A stretch of DNA of 63,696 bases, filler included, from Asterionella formosa (GCA_002256025.1; 16 parts of 16 records of this genome joined end to end with filler, not necessarily neighbours in it); one strand, 5' to 3'. Shown: positions 38,001 to 50,875, counted from the whole stretch's first letter. Translations and numbers: made by a program. Notes: generated from the letters alone by a model not told the origin.

Positions 38001-38231
38001 TCTAGACTTGCTTCGTGCCCGTCGTTCCACCCTTCTATTCCGTCTAGGTGATATCAGTTGTTTCGGAAAACAACAGTTGGTTGCAACACCATCGGATTCA
38101 TTCATCCAGTACTGTTTTTGATTCGATCCAAAGGCAGAATTGAAGTAGTCTTCTTGGGATGATCCGCTTTCAATGGTATTGAGGGCGAAAGGGTCAAAGG
38201 CGATCAAGGGTTTTGTGTCGGAATAAGTCAT
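35097..38231 (-). CDS. SEC6: exocyst component Sec6/EXOC3-like helical protein
   Basis: 1044-aa intronless helical ORF with SLPEDVW..VQV, CAAANDLLRM, F.FEW...M.TII.TIEDF..D and L..MAGD...MRDFF, resembling the Sec6 C-terminal domain by eye. Confidence 0.68.
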   Translation of the reverse strand: MTYSDTKPLIAFDPFALNTIESGSSQEDYFNSAFGSNQKQYWMNESDGVATNCCFPKQLISPRRNRRVERRARSKSRQGRSRSWGRRTRVDQKSDPSENTEPWFDEFTTADTFDNEEVDDVPMELLFRQRNGVAALTTTLPVLEDTSKAVQTLSFDDYPETAELRAAQILNHWILDHGLYDDITNINAIATLSSVDSFSVQSVMSQEGIEVGAHGFPMEGLERLDLEIDILRERMRRELSLVNAQLDDHPLLQDGDDESTVSKSKAAMDLQGLEGFPRIQALISSRQHIVNVFDQVETFCEIPTICDRLYRELSDDPMILRDLCQQHNDLQIMLVKIEKDLKDRMDEVEAAVICGITTCNQQTLHSHCYIPSYPNHGGVDQFLLQPVKLVWDLGLRLRNRLVESIKIIHLLRQDKISALVESVELYEKASEECSRFVPIPGTKKRSRLYVPPIRQLALGVLVESFESRCYLVVQALQEQAANDAHSQDVEQLQFNAIHQAATTLMEQIDFFQSNVEPNVPPCWHVTNLWIICVATVCSQFFLQQIGGQEGNNLEAMSVTQLLQLLSWIEHFRKKAEAAFPDMIRDHIVKTRFVSVTELLTGKEINDDSTKVGLVSVLHVLWDIHRLAQDQLMVRTQFQTHEWLENVYKADHQKAQISGGTLITSLPEDVWGLASVQVETIGEMLPEDSCVLVDATTIIFHQMQFKQRRTRDLFLVDLETCCAAANDLLRMSERAEQTLVKFQKSSAMSNESILMLEAVTEELIRQYSNDAVYSAQSVHVFIFEALENELAGKLFEFEWEDKTHNEMAMTIIRTIEDFLQDIAQWMDDVMVRKSIDAMVKGCVNFYIRHLMLKAAKRGVQVRSSCFQNNERALRRMAGDIKIMRDFFERLVEKFPPLARIIENEFDVLENVFGLLAVATELDEAAPEDFLPVIQRHVRNVAFTRYLSAGLWKLVNPTNEGYIHEVIDKNIEELMAFEDKQTQISQEYVDPTLQLSFVLQGVLDERKQGPLQAKLKARAVEKMKKMKDVMKNLRQRGDKSDVSHEV

Positions 38232-39749
38232 GGTTTGCTTTGTCTTGTCTGTATCGTGTTTGCTTTCATAGTTTCCCCGTCACAAGGATAGAGCGCTGGT
38301 TTCGAGTAGGAGTCACAGTCGCCAACGGGGACTGAAAATTTGAAACTGTATCAGTTTTAAGCAGTACCGCAGCGGAGTCCCTGTCACGATTGATATGCTT
38401 GTAGCGACGGGTCTGAATGGGCTAAAAAGGGAACCAGCCGTTGACTTTAGCGGATTTAATGGATGGACCCTGGTAGCCTTCGAAGAATAACAACTTCACT
38501 CAATTAACTTCGAGTTCTTCTCGGTGCTTGCACTCCGTATCTGACCGATAAAAAGACGAACAGGTGATTCTGTCAAAAGGTTCAATGGGATTCTGAACGA
38601 GAACTCAAACCGGACTTCAAAACATGTAAGTATTGCAAAACATGGAACAAATGTCTAGTACATATGGTATAATATAGCATATCGTAACACGAAGTATTAT
38701 AGTATTACATGAAATTTATTACGGGTAAAATATATACATCAAATATTATAAATATTTTTACCATGTAGTAGCGTAGCGTCGCATCCAGCATGTTGACGAT
38801 GTACTGTAGTGTAGCGCGCACTCCGTTTCTTTGCATGTTTATTTGTCCATAAGTTTTATATGTGTATTGAATATGAATAAGTAAAAACAAATCGAAGGGT
38901 GATATTTGGTCCCGGCTGAATGGTACTGTCTGATGTGTTCAACGCACAATGTATCAGCTATAGTGTATTGTACATAAATATGTTCATGAAAGCCCATTAT
39001 TGCTATTATTTTTACAAACCACATGTGATATACTATGCATACTAACTAGACTACCGGTAACATAGGGTGGTGTTCTGTACGGCAATTTTTCGCCTTTTCC
39101 TAGATCAACATTACACCAACCGTTACGTGCACTATTTCAAAATCTAATTTTTCCAACACTCAACCGTTGATGACCACATCCTGAACAACCAATAATTCTC
39201 TGGAGTACTCCGTACCAACTAAAAACTGAGAGTCATCCTTATTTACCCTACATTACGACTCAAATTATTTTAGTCCGATTGCATGGTAAAATGAAGTAAG
39301 TACGAAGCTTACTATTGTAGCTTGTCCTCTCACGTACAACTAAGGGCCGTTCTTATCATTCTGTTATTTGTTGTCATTGGTGTATCATCGCCGAAATATG
39401 ATACAAGAATGGCGGTTTGGTTTTTTTTGTGTATCACCAACGGTTTTTTTGGTCTGATCACCAGTCTATCATGGGTGTATCACTGATGCAGTTTTTGGAC
39501 CCCTTACCAATGCTGTATCACTGATACAGCCGTTGATCACTGTGTATCACGTCCGTTGGCACTGATAAAATAACTGTAAATACGCAAGCACAACACTATT
39601 AAATATTGCGCCAACTATTATTTGTCATCTATATATGGTACTCCATATAGTACATTACCTTTCAGCTTCATCAGTCAAACACGAATCAGTAGTCCGCTCA
39701 TCTCTATACCTATCTTCCAACATCAACTATATCTCGATTAATTGGCGCA

Positions 39750-41453
39750 ATGAGCAGCAAAGTAGTGGGTACAGCTGAAACTTCTGATGCTGCCTCTTTT
39801 CCCATTTTGGAAGAGAATCAATGCATTGTAGCTGATGAGGATGTCGAAGATATTGTTGAGTTGTCTACTGCTGGTCCAACCAACATTGATGAGATGGGTC
39901 CTCCACCTGAAATGAAAATACCTCCAACTGCTGGTACACTCGATGTTAACGAGATGAATCCATCCAAACCTGCAACTGCTGGTGCACTTCTTGACATTAA
40001 CGAGATGGGTCCCCCTGAAAAGAGGAAACCCTTTCCCGGTTGTCTAGCCAATATTGATGAGTTCGTCAACTCGCTCATAGTACCAGATGACTTTGTTCTG
40101 GATGAAAGTGGGCTGGGATTGATTCATATAAAAGGAATTGACATATAACATAAATCTGTCAAGGTACTTCGAAAAATTTGCGTGAGATTTAAAGTGTCAG
40201 GGTACAGGAATGGCAAGAAGGACTTCACTATTTCCTTAATTGTCCGTTTACTGAAAAGAGACTGGCTGTTTGGTCAACTATTACCCCCCTCTACTATGAT
40301 CACTTATAATGAAGTGATTGGCATCCACAACAACAACAGGAACAATGATGAATCTATTATTGAAGATGAAGAAAAGAGTTGTGGCAATGTTGAAATGGAC
40401 TATGATTGTTCACAGAAAGGGAAGCCAGATGAAGCAGACAAAGACCCTGAATATGTTCTTAATTCGCAAAATAGCAGTGATGACGATAACAAATCATTGC
40501 CTCTTCCTCCTCCTGTTACAAAGAAGGCAACAAAAAGGAAAAAGGCTACAATAGCAAAATCAACTCCTCCAAGCAGTGTTACATGTGCTAACACATATTT
40601 TCGTGTCATCAAGGTGTACATGTGTGAGCAACACATAAGTGATGTGTTGATGCTTGGTCAGCCTCCAACTATGGCTGAACTGGATACAAGGAAATTTAGG
40701 CACAAATACATTTTCGATAGACTCATAACTAAATTCCTTGATGATGAAGATGATGACAGCAATAATCTTGCATTTTCACAAGATCCTTATTGGGAACAAA
40801 TGGGAATAGACAGTTGTTACCCAAAGACGTATGATACTCTGTCCTCTGTCGAATTTTCTATGGCAATGAGGTACATTAAGTATCATTACCAAATCGCATA
40901 CAGGAACAACAAAAAGTCAGGAAGTCATGATGACTTTGTTAATTTTGTTGGAAGCCGACCTTATATATATTATTCCCATATGTGGTTGTACCAAGTTCCT
41001 CACCTTCTCAATTTCGCTGTTCCATTGCTTCCAAAATCATCATTCCATGAAAGTGCTGATAATGCCAAATCTTCATCCTTATCATCGAAGACAGTTGACT
41101 CGAAGAAAGGAAAATGTTCATCTACTTCATCCAATTTGTCCCATCATTCCTCTTCTATGGTACAAATGGCAAATGCATTAGAGTGTTTTGAACGAGTAAA
41201 TGCAGTGAAACTTCAAGTGCTTCAATCTTCAGCAGGACCAAGACGCGAGAAAGAGATCCTAGATGTTCTGGATCTCTATACAAGTCGTCTCAAGAATGCT
41301 CGGAAGGATTTGGAAGAGTTGGAGAATCATGGGTATGACTCCAATAATTCTGATGTAGTTCAGGCTCGACTAGAAATTAAGATATGCAAGAGAAATTGGG
41401 ATCACTATTTTCATCTGCTTTCAGAAGGTGAAACATCAGATAAATCCAACTAA
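39750..41453 (+). pseudogene. Harbinger accessory ORF with one in-frame stop (TAA 40146-40148)
   Basis: ORFs 39750-40148 and 40182-41453 share one frame; ends with a coiled-coil-like region; contains YRNNKKSGSHDDF. Confidence 0.7.
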
Positions 41454-41473
41454 TGAATAAAATATATATTTGT

Positions 41474-42772
41474 CTACATTAAATTTATTGCATATAATTC
41501 TTTCCTTCTCCTCTCTATATTCACAGAAGGTCGTTGCAAGCCCAAGGTTTGCAATCTGGTTAGAATCACATCTCGCATCACAGAGCTTCCAGGCAATTTA
41601 CACAATGGTTCCACAGTTGGCAAGTAGCCCCAACCAAGGGGTGACAAACTGACTGAAATCATCTCTGTAAGTATTAGATAATCATCCATAATCTCGTTAT
41701 CAATTATCTTCTCATTAATCACATAGTTATGAATACGTGCAGATGTTTCCAAGCTTGTCGATAGGTTTTTTTTAGATCACACCATTTTGTCTGAAGAAGA
41801 CCAAATGCCATTTCTATTCTTATCCTCAGCTGTGAAAGGAAAAAGTTAAATGTATCCTGTGTTGGATCATCACGTTGTGAGCCAACAAAGGGAACAAGCA
41901 TTACATCAGACAATGTGTAAGCTGCATCGCCGACCAGACAAAAACCTGTGTTGAATGCTGCAACTCGATCGAAAATGGAAGTTCGTTCAAAAGCTACTTG
42001 CTTGGTCACTGCATTTTCCCGGTGCAATCACACCAAAATAAATAAATCTTGAGTCAGCATCACAAACAGCCTGGACATTGATTCCATAAGTCATGTAGTG
42101 ACCGGAAAAAAATGAACATGGGTTGTTGCCACTTTCAACTAAAGTCAGGCGGTTGATGGTGGCTAGGAAGCCGTCAATAGCACCAACACATCCTCTCATC
42201 ATACCCTCTGAGCTTTTGCATTCAAAGCTGGAAGCCAATTTGATAAATTCTTCTTTTTCTTTTGGAAAAATAATTTCGAGTTCTTCACAGTTTAGTACAT
42301 CATCAATGAACAAATCACGACATCGATAAAGTGAAGCAATGCTACAACCGTAGGCATGACGAATGTCGATGTAACTGCCACCAGCCAGCCATCGCAAACC
42401 AATGGCTACCACAATTTCGGGAATTATGGGCTCAGAAGTGCCACATTTGGAATAATTCCCTGCAATCTGAATTTCCAGCATGGAGGTGAATTTTTTGAAT
42501 GCTCTGTGTGACATTCTGTATGTCTTCTCGAAAGCAATCTTGTGATTGAGTTTCTTGACATGTGATTGCCAGGAGATTCTTTCGTGGTGCCACTTGTGAC
42601 TTCGTTGTCGTCGTCGTTCAGATGACTGAAGCTGCCGTTTACAGCGTCGCCTTCGTCGTTTGGATGAGTGTTCTTCTTCCTCTGCTTCCTTAGCTAAATG
42701 ACAGAGGAAGAAGAAATCAAGATCACTACTGTCATCGTCATTATCATCAAGTAAATCAAATGGCGACGACAT
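41474..42772 (-). pseudogene. Harbinger/HARBI1-type DDE transposase, frameshifted
   Basis: YRMS...F, LRWLAGGSY, GCVGAIDG, INVQAVCDA, VGDAAY, FNFFLSQLRIRIEMAFGLL, ARIHNY spread over three ORF fragments. Confidence 0.92.
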
Positions 42773-43837
42773 GATTCATGCAAATGTGTGCTTTTAATAT
42801 TATATTTAGTTTCCCGGTAATTATATTTTGTTGTTGCTTGATATCAAGACCATCATTATATTCCGGAGGGATATACACATGATCTTCGCCAGCCAGTTGC
42901 CGTTGAAGATCCATGTTACTCCATGATACAATGTGATCACAAATTAGTGATACAGTGACACTTTTGGAATGAATGAAATTCAGTTCAAATCGAGTCACTG
43001 TTGCTGATACATTTTCAAAAAATTTCAAATTCCGTGATACACGAAAAAAATGATAAGAACCATCCTAAATCTAATGAAAACTAGGATAAAGACAATATTT
43101 CTTGAGATATGAAAGATTCTAATGTCATCGTTTTGCCTTGTCATAAGGATGACTCTCAATATACCGGTATCACTTTTTAATACATACATGAGGAAATTTT
43201 TATCATCAATTTTTTTCCCGATTTTTTTTTGATGCCACAAAATTATTACCGGTAGTCCGTTACTGATTACTTACTACTCACATTATTTAGTATCCCTTTC
43301 GATGTTTTATTCCCATAATAGTAGTCGGTTTCGTTGATACTCCACTATTTATATTTGGTTTCGGGTCAAATGCAACTTTAATTATTTATTTTGGTGACGG
43401 TTTAAGTAATATTTAATTACCTCTATCGCGTGACAGACAGCCTACCACTTGTTGTTTGACAATCCTCGTACATATAATATGTAGGTCATACAATACTTGC
43501 TGACTGTATTCCTGTCGTATGACACGTATATGTAATATGCCGGCACCAGTACCCTAACATAAAATATTATCCAAAGGAGCAGCAAACAAGAATGTGACGA
43601 CGAGCATGGCTGTTGAAATGGTCCGTACTCCTTCCCGCGGGTTGGGTCTCTCTTCACGTAGACTCTTACGTGATCGTAGTACTACCTAGTACCACTTACT
43701 TTCTCTCTTGTCTCTGCTTCTAGCCTTCCTGCTAGATNNNNNNNNNNNNNNNNNNNNNNNNNNNNNNNNNNNNNNNNNNNNTTAATTAATTAANNNNNNN
43801 NNNNNNNNNNNNNNNNNNNNNNNNNNNNNNNNNNNNN

Positions 43838-44832
43838 AAGAAACTACAATAGGTTTACAATAGGATTATACTTACCTTCGGGAATCATACTATTACCACA
43901 AAAGACCTACGTCCTATGATACTTAAAGACATCAATAGGTTTACAATAGGATTATACTTAAAACCAGATTACAATAATATTATACTTAAAAGAAACTACA
44001 ATAGGTTTACAATAGGATTATACTTACCTTCGGGAATCATACTATTACCACAAAAGACCTACGTCCTATGATACTTAAAAACATCAATAGGTTTACAATA
44101 GTATTATACTTAAAAGAAACTACAATAGGTTTACAATAGGATTATACTTACCTTCGGGAATCATACTATTACCACAAAAGACCTACGTCCTATGATACTT
44201 AAAGACATCAATAGGTTTACAATAGGATTATACTTAAAACAGATTACAATAATATTATACTTAAAAGAAACTACAATAGGTTTACAATAGGATTATACTT
44301 ACCTTCGGGAATCATACTATTACCACAAAAGACCTACGTCCTATGATACTTAAAAACATCAATAGGTTTACAATAGTATTATACTTAGAACAGATCACAA
44401 TAGGTTTACAATAGGATTATACTTAGAAGAAACTACAATAGGTTTACAATAGTATTATACTTAAAAGAAACTACAATAGGTTTACAATAGGATTATACTT
44501 AGAAGAAAATACAATAGGTTTACAATAGTATTATACTTAAAAGAAACTACAATAGGTTTACAATAGTATTATACTTAGAACAGATCACAATAGGTTTACA
44601 ATAGGATTATACTTAGAACAGATCACAATAGGTTTACAATAGTATTATACTTAGAACAGATTACAATAATATTATACTTAAAAGAAACTACAATAGGTTT
44701 ACAATAGTATTATACTTAGAACAGATCACAATAGGTTTACAATAGGATTATACTTAGAACAGATCACAATAGGTTTACAATAGTATTATACTTAAAAGAA
44801 ACTACAATAGGTTTACAATAGGACTATACTTA
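43838..44832. repeat. AT-rich satellite with higher-order structure
   Basis: Core ACAATAGGTTTACAATAG(G/T)ATTATACTTA in ~28-39-bp units; a longer CCTTCGGGAATCATACTATTACC..GACCTACGTCCTATG block recurs four times. Confidence 0.95.
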
Positions 44833-44919
44833 CCTATCGTTAATTGCAATACTATCTCAATTAGTTACTAGGAATATACTTTCCCCCCCTAGGGTAATCG
44901 TATTCATTTAGAGTTTGCC

Positions 44920-45165
44920 TTTTTTTTATATTTTTTTCCATATTTTTATATTTTTATATTTTTTTTCATATTTTTATACTTTTTTTTATATTTTTATCCT
45001 TTTTTTATATTTTTATATTTTTTTTCATATTTTTATACTTTTTTTTATATTTTTATACTTTTTTTATATTTTTATACTTTTTTTTATATTTTTATATTTT
45101 TTTTTATATTTTTATATTTTTTTTCATATTTTTATACTTTTTTTTATATTTTTATACTTTTTTTA
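44920..45165. repeat. T-rich low-complexity tract
   Basis: (TTTTTATAT/TTTTTATAC)n with no G on the plus strand. Confidence 0.95.
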
Positions 45166-45487
45166 NNNNNNNNNNNNNNNNNNNNNNNNNNNNNNNNNNN
45201 NNNNNNNNNTTAATTAATTAANNNNNNNNNNNNNNNNNNNNNNNNNNNNNNNNNNNNNNNNNNNNGAAGCTAATATATTCAAACCTCAAAGCATTTTTTC
45301 GCTCAATCACAAATGGACTTCAAGAAAACTTGATGAGTAGTTTTGTGCGCAAAACATGTTCCGTCACCCTAGGTATTCTCGTCAGTAATACATACAAAAT
45401 AAGTGTGGGGATCTATCCTCTTAGCACTACGTTCTATTCCTCTGTTGCTCAAATAAGTCACATCATAATCCACCACATTCTGCGGGT

Positions 45488-46591
45488 CTATATCTCCGCA
45501 GTCATTGGATCCGTTTCAACGCACACTCCCAAACACCCCAGCGTGGCATCCGCTTGGGCCCAAGAATCGCAATCACTTTCCGAATGTTCCGACTCGGATT
45601 TCGCCTTGCGATAACCAGGATTTGCCGCTCCTTTGGCTCCGTGAAGTCCTAATAATTCATTCTTCATCTTATTCCCCATATCTTCCAAGGAGCAAGGAGA
45701 AGAAACCTCAATGTATTCTTCAGACATCCCATCGCTCATTGTCTCTTCACAATCCACAACAACTTCTCTCGATAGGCGACGAATTTCACCTTTGCTTGGC
45801 GGAACGTACATGGAATCCTCTTCGTCGTCGCCTAGTTGTGACTCTCTCTCGGCTGCGATTGCTTGCATTTCGCTTCTCTGGCGTCTGCGCCGTCTTCGGA
45901 TAAAGACCGATAAGACCAGTCCTATGAAGGCCAAAGCGAGGCAAACAGCTCCCGAAATACCAATTGGAGTGAAAGATTGTTCGCTATTTGTTGCATTTGT
46001 CACCTGCGAATTTATTGCAGGAGCCAAGCTTTCTTTACCCGTCCCTTCATAGGATTCTACATCCACATGAGTACCAAGAAAAGACACTCGCAAGTTGGTG
46101 TTGGCAGAAACAGCACCATTCGACATTTCCTCTGAGATGTGCCTAACAATCTCGTTGGGATCTTCTGGTCCAACAACTGAGACAGCTAGAGCACTTGACA
46201 ACGAAATGCAACCTTCCTTTGCCGATGGGGCCAATTCTAAGCATTTTCCTGTGAAGATGGCTCATCGTTAGTGAATTCATTTGTGGAAAATACCTTCAAC
46301 AACACACACAAAACTCTCGTACCAAATACATCAGTTCCATTTTGTGGTACACTGCTCGCCTTGAGAACCCAGAGTCCTTCTAAGGGCGGCTCGGTGCAAG
46401 CACTTCCACTCCCAAGACCATAAACCGCTGCAATCTGCTTCAGGAGGTTGCTCTCAACTTCCAATCGAGCAGTTCCCGTGTCCAGAGACGTGGGATATGC
46501 GAGATCATATAGATAAGTCACCTCGACTAGATTGACATAGTTCTGCTTCTCCAGCAGATCCTGACAAGCATAAGAAAGCGGATTGCTCATA
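45488..46591 (-). CDS. single-pass membrane protein, 5'-partial; exons <46591-46323, 46248-45488
   Basis: GT-AG intron 46322-46249 keeps frame (DVF-GKCLELAP); TM helix IGISGAVCLALAFIGLVLSVFI followed by RRRRRR. Confidence 0.72.
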
Positions 46592-47742
46592 NNNNNNNNN
46601 NNNNNNNNNNNNNNNNNNNNNNNNNNNNNNNNNNNTTAATTAATTAANNNNNNNNNNNNNNNNNNNNNNNNNNNNNNNNNNNNNNNNNNNNAATTATGAA
46701 TTCAAAGTGAGCATCCGTGTCCAGCAGGAGTGTGTTGGAGAAAATATTTTAGGAAAGAAAATCCCGGTATAAATTACCTACTACATATTGAATCGAATGA
46801 ATCAAGAAAGAATATGGTACCAGAGAATTCGAAAACAATCTACGCCAACAGTAAAAACCCATAATTCTATTAAAACTCTTAGGAACGATTACAATCGATC
46901 ACGGAGGCATCGTTGTTATATCTACAGCCTATTTGGTCCCTGACGTGTCCTTACAGGATACAAGAAAGCATAGAGTGCTTCGGGACGCAATTTCAACATA
47001 TCCCATCATACTCATCACATCTATACCTGAAGGTAGTAGCCCTACACAAACCAGCGAAATAATCATAGAAGATCTAACCAACCTTGAAGACATGTGCCAA
47101 CAGGAACTCATCGCCAAGCTTACCTTCCACCACAGCCACACAAAACACCAACCGCCGATCTGGTCTCGGAGGCATCTTATCACTTCGAATTTTAAAACAG
47201 AGAACCCGGAAAACCCGATATTCTCACAATCTTGCCTTTCTGCCGAATTCTTTGTCAAACATGATAGCGAGAGATCATTGTGAACGACAAAACAAAATAA
47301 ATTAAGGGAAACCATCTGATTCAGCTCAGCTTCTAGTCAAGCATCCAGATTTTAGGGCACTTGGTATCACTTTCACACTCATCTCTCAATCCATTATTAG
47401 CCTTCTTGCATACCATCAATGACATGGATGACCGGCGCATGGGCTCATTTTCATTTGGGTCGAATAAACTCACTGGTACATGCAACGCCTCACCCCAAAG
47501 TCAAATCTCAGTACCTGATGGCCTCATAGAAACGTTGTTTAAAGCTACCTTTTTCAGGTCAGCTGATGTTCCTGGTGGTACTTGCTACAAACACATATGA
47601 TAGACTGAGTATGACTAATCGACCAAGTAGAAGTGCGACCTTCGCTGCACTCCTAGTATCCAGGCAATAAAAGCACAATTTATAAGGGGTCTAACTAGAT
47701 CAGTTGATGCCATTGTCAAAATATACTTCTTCTATGCATCAG

Positions 47743-48017
47743 CTAGAATGATAATGGGTCGATTCTCTTTCCATTAATAAACTCATCAGTGTCACCAGTA
47801 TCATCAAACTTGCCCTGCCAATCATCCCTCCTGTCTTCTCCACGCACAACTTGATTCACCAACTTGATCGCTTTCTTGAATGCTGTATTTAATACCTTGA
47901 CAGCGTAGAAATCATATCCGTCTGATTCCATTGACTCCATTAGTCTAAGTGCTTTCAGGGGTTGACGAGTCCTTTCATATGCCGCAACTGTTGTGGTATA
48001 GAGATCAACGTCAGGAG
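47743..48017 (-). CDS. pentatricopeptide-repeat protein, C-terminal fragment
   Basis: Frame is open to the contig edge: PDVDLYTTTVAAYERTRQPLKALRLMESMESDG fits the 35-aa PPR consensus. Confidence 0.6.
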
Positions 48018-48117
48018 NNNNNNNNNNNNNNNNNNNNNNNNNNNNNNNNNNNNNNNNNNNNTTAATTAATTAANNNNNNNNNNNNNNNNNNNNNNNNNNN
48101 NNNNNNNNNNNNNNNNN

Positions 48118-49443
48118 CAGCGTGCAGCAATTGACAAATTCTAGTACACCAACCCAACAGGACAAGCGTGCCTCAACGAACGAAAATGCAAAGAGATTTC
48201 TTGTTAGGCTTGATTCCTTTCATTGCCAATTAGAGCGTGAGTATGCGAGTGAATCTCCACCTGCAACATTTGTCCCTTTTGTATATTTTGAAATATCAGA
48301 ATGCCCTATTGAATATGAAGCGTCCACCTTCAGAATCTCAGCTTTAACTCAAGATCACCATTTCATGGGCTGGGTAGGCCAGCGAGTTGCTGTCAAGGAT
48401 GGATGTGGCATCTACAAGGCAAAGATACCCATCGTACATAGTAACGAATTTGCTTCAGTGCACCTCCACTGGACATCTCATAGACTGTCATATACCAATC
48501 GACTCAGCGATGTCGATTGGGCATACAATGCAAAATCGATAGTGGACCAACATAATCTCAGCGACTCAGGGGTACGTGAACACCTTGGAGAGGATAGAAT
48601 AGATTTTATTCAAAATCATCTTGAGGCTATTCCTGGCATGCCATTCAACTTCACGATTAAAAAAGGTGATTTAGGACTTTCATCACCTGGCCCAGAGAAG
48701 CTACCAGATTGCTCAGACATACCAGTATCCCATTGGACCCCCGCTGGCGTGCTGCATTCAGGAGAGAGCTGGAAATTTGCGTCTTCTCGATGCTCATTTC
48801 ATGACAAAGGAATTGACGAGTTAAATGAAAGAATGAAGGGGATGAGAATTAGATTCTTGTTAGACAGCCACGGCGTCGATTGTTTGGCCCCTGTCTGGAA
48901 AGCTTTAGTGTGCCCTCAAAGTCCATCAGCTAATGATTTCTTCCTTCATGACTATGACTGTCCAGATCATAACAATACCTTTGTTTTTGCCCCTCGGTTT
49001 TTCCGAGCTGTATACTCTGGCAGCGATTTAAAGTCGGACTTTGATGGCATATCAGCCGCATTGCGACAAGGTCTACCTAGTGCCTGTAAAGATATTCTTG
49101 GTCTCGGTCTTTACAATGCAACAATTATTGGTATTCCAACATGGATATACGTATATGAAACAAAAGAAGGTCAGGACAATATTATTACTTCCATCGAAAG
49201 TCTGCTACAGAATTGCAAGGAAAGGTTGCCACTTTTGTAGAAGGATCACATTGTCTTGATACAAACATCAATGTCAGTCACGTCAGATCCACAAGAAGGT
49301 CTGGCAGAGGCTTGGAGAGCAATACACAATTTCAACATTGAATCTTTTTCAGCCTCTATTTCTCAGCGCCTCGGTCCACTAGTGGATGGCATTATTCCAG
49401 TCTTTGACATGACATACGCAAAGGAATATTTTGAGCCCTTGAG
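48118..49443 (+). pseudogene. SGNH/PC-esterase-like protein fragment with in-frame TAG at 49238-49240
   Basis: W...RCSF...L...MKGMRIRFLLDSHG resembles the GDS block; the same frame resumes at 49241 (…IIPVFDMT). Confidence 0.4.
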
Positions 49444-49543
49444 NNNNNNNNNNNNNNNNNNNNNNNNNNNNNNNNNNNNNNNNNNNNTTAATTAATTAAN
49501 NNNNNNNNNNNNNNNNNNNNNNNNNNNNNNNNNNNNNNNNNNN

Positions 49544-50875
49544 GGATAGCGCACATTTTTCTAAGATGTATTAATATGACAATTATTTCCGTCTTGTGAA
49601 AAATGAGAGAGTTCTTCACCTCGCAAGAAAAACGCGACTTCATGTTGTTCTCGGCGATCTCAATTTTCGTTGTCATTATTAGTGTTATTACTTTACTTCT
49701 TTTACGATTGTATTTTCCATGTTATTCTTAATACAGGTAGCAAGTAGCAAAGCGTCGTTCTCTATTTTCGTGGAGATAATTCGTATTTTCGTCATGGTCA
49801 AGGTTGCGATAACATCATGAAGGATTCTCCAGCTGCTCACAGCCACTATCTGTCGTCTCTTGTGTTTTGTATGTACAAAAGAATCGCAAAATGGTAGCTA
49901 AATTATTACATACTAGTGCCTACGAGGACAAAAAGAATTATAGCACGTTACTTTGTCTATGACAAGAAAATTATTGGGTGTTTGGTTCCACCTCGAGAAA
50001 AATGTACAGGGGGGTCCAGCAACCATAGGGGGGGTCCAGGACAATGAAGTATACGGTAGATGAGCTCACTTTAACACTCTCCTTGTTCCAACAATCCATC
50101 ATCCCGTTTTGGATCGCATATCCATGCATGTTCATAATCTTGTCCGTGACATTTTTAGTTAGAACATCTGCTGGATTCTTTTCCGTATTGACGTAGTCAA
50201 CCTTAATCGTTCCGTTTTCGACTTGTTCTCGTACATAGTGGTATCTAAAGTCGATGTGTTTTGTACGTGCCCCGACCTGATGATTTTTCGTTAAATAAAT
50301 CGCACCGGTATTGTCCTCACCCATTAGACTAGGCATCACGATAGTGGTTATTTCGCCCAGTAGATTCGTTGCGAAGACAGTTTCCTTTGAGCCGTTACTG
50401 AGTGCGACATATTCACACTCGGTGCTTGATTGCGTTACGATATCCTGTCCTTTTGATATCCAGTGAATTAGGGCGCACCCTCCGATCGTGCCTAAATAAC
50501 CGCTGACACTTTTTCGTGTATCAGGATTAGAGGCGAAGGCGCTGTCCACGACATCTTGTATATGTAGCTCGTTGGGCGCACGTAGTTTCATTCTGCATGC
50601 AATGTCCCCATGTAGACACAAATACCCGAGTAGGCGTTCCAATGCTTGCCAGTGCGTTTCGCCTGGGTTGTCGAGGTGCTGTGACAATTCACGACATGCG
50701 TTGGCGCATACTGGCGATATTTTCTTCACGAAGTAAAGTACCGGTATCTTTCCAACGAGGGAGCGATATTCCTTATTCTTGATCTTCTCTCCTCGGTTCT
50801 TACTTAGGACCGTTCCCGGGAATCCCGGCGTTGAGGCTTTCTTTGGTTCCTTTCCAAATATAGTCGTGTAGTCAT
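49544..50875 (-). mobile_element. second Ty1/copia element, 3' end (RT tail, RNase H, PPT, start of 3' LTR at 50076)
   Basis: YRSLVGKI, VDSAFA..PDTRKSVSG, QSSTECEYVAL, EDNTGAI, RTKHIDFRYHYVRE, NPADVLTK; purine tract GGAACAAGGAGAG (50089-50077) followed by TGTTAAAG. Confidence 0.92.

Larger units (their letters stand above)
39344..43065. mobile_element. PIF/Harbinger DNA transposon, full length (~3.7 kb), decayed
   Basis: TAA target duplication (39341-43, 43066-68); imperfect TIRs GGGCCGTTCTTATCATT / AATGATAAGAACCATCC; repeated subterminal TGTATCA/TGATAC motifs; two convergent ORFs. Confidence 0.88.

Noticed and set aside
43838..44832. CRISPR-like repeat/spacer appearance
   Set aside because: Intervening sequences recur rather than being unique, spacing is irregular, there are no cas genes and the context is eukaryotic.
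44915..45217. Phe/Ile/Tyr-rich 100-aa ORF
   Set aside because: Translation of a T-rich low-complexity tract.
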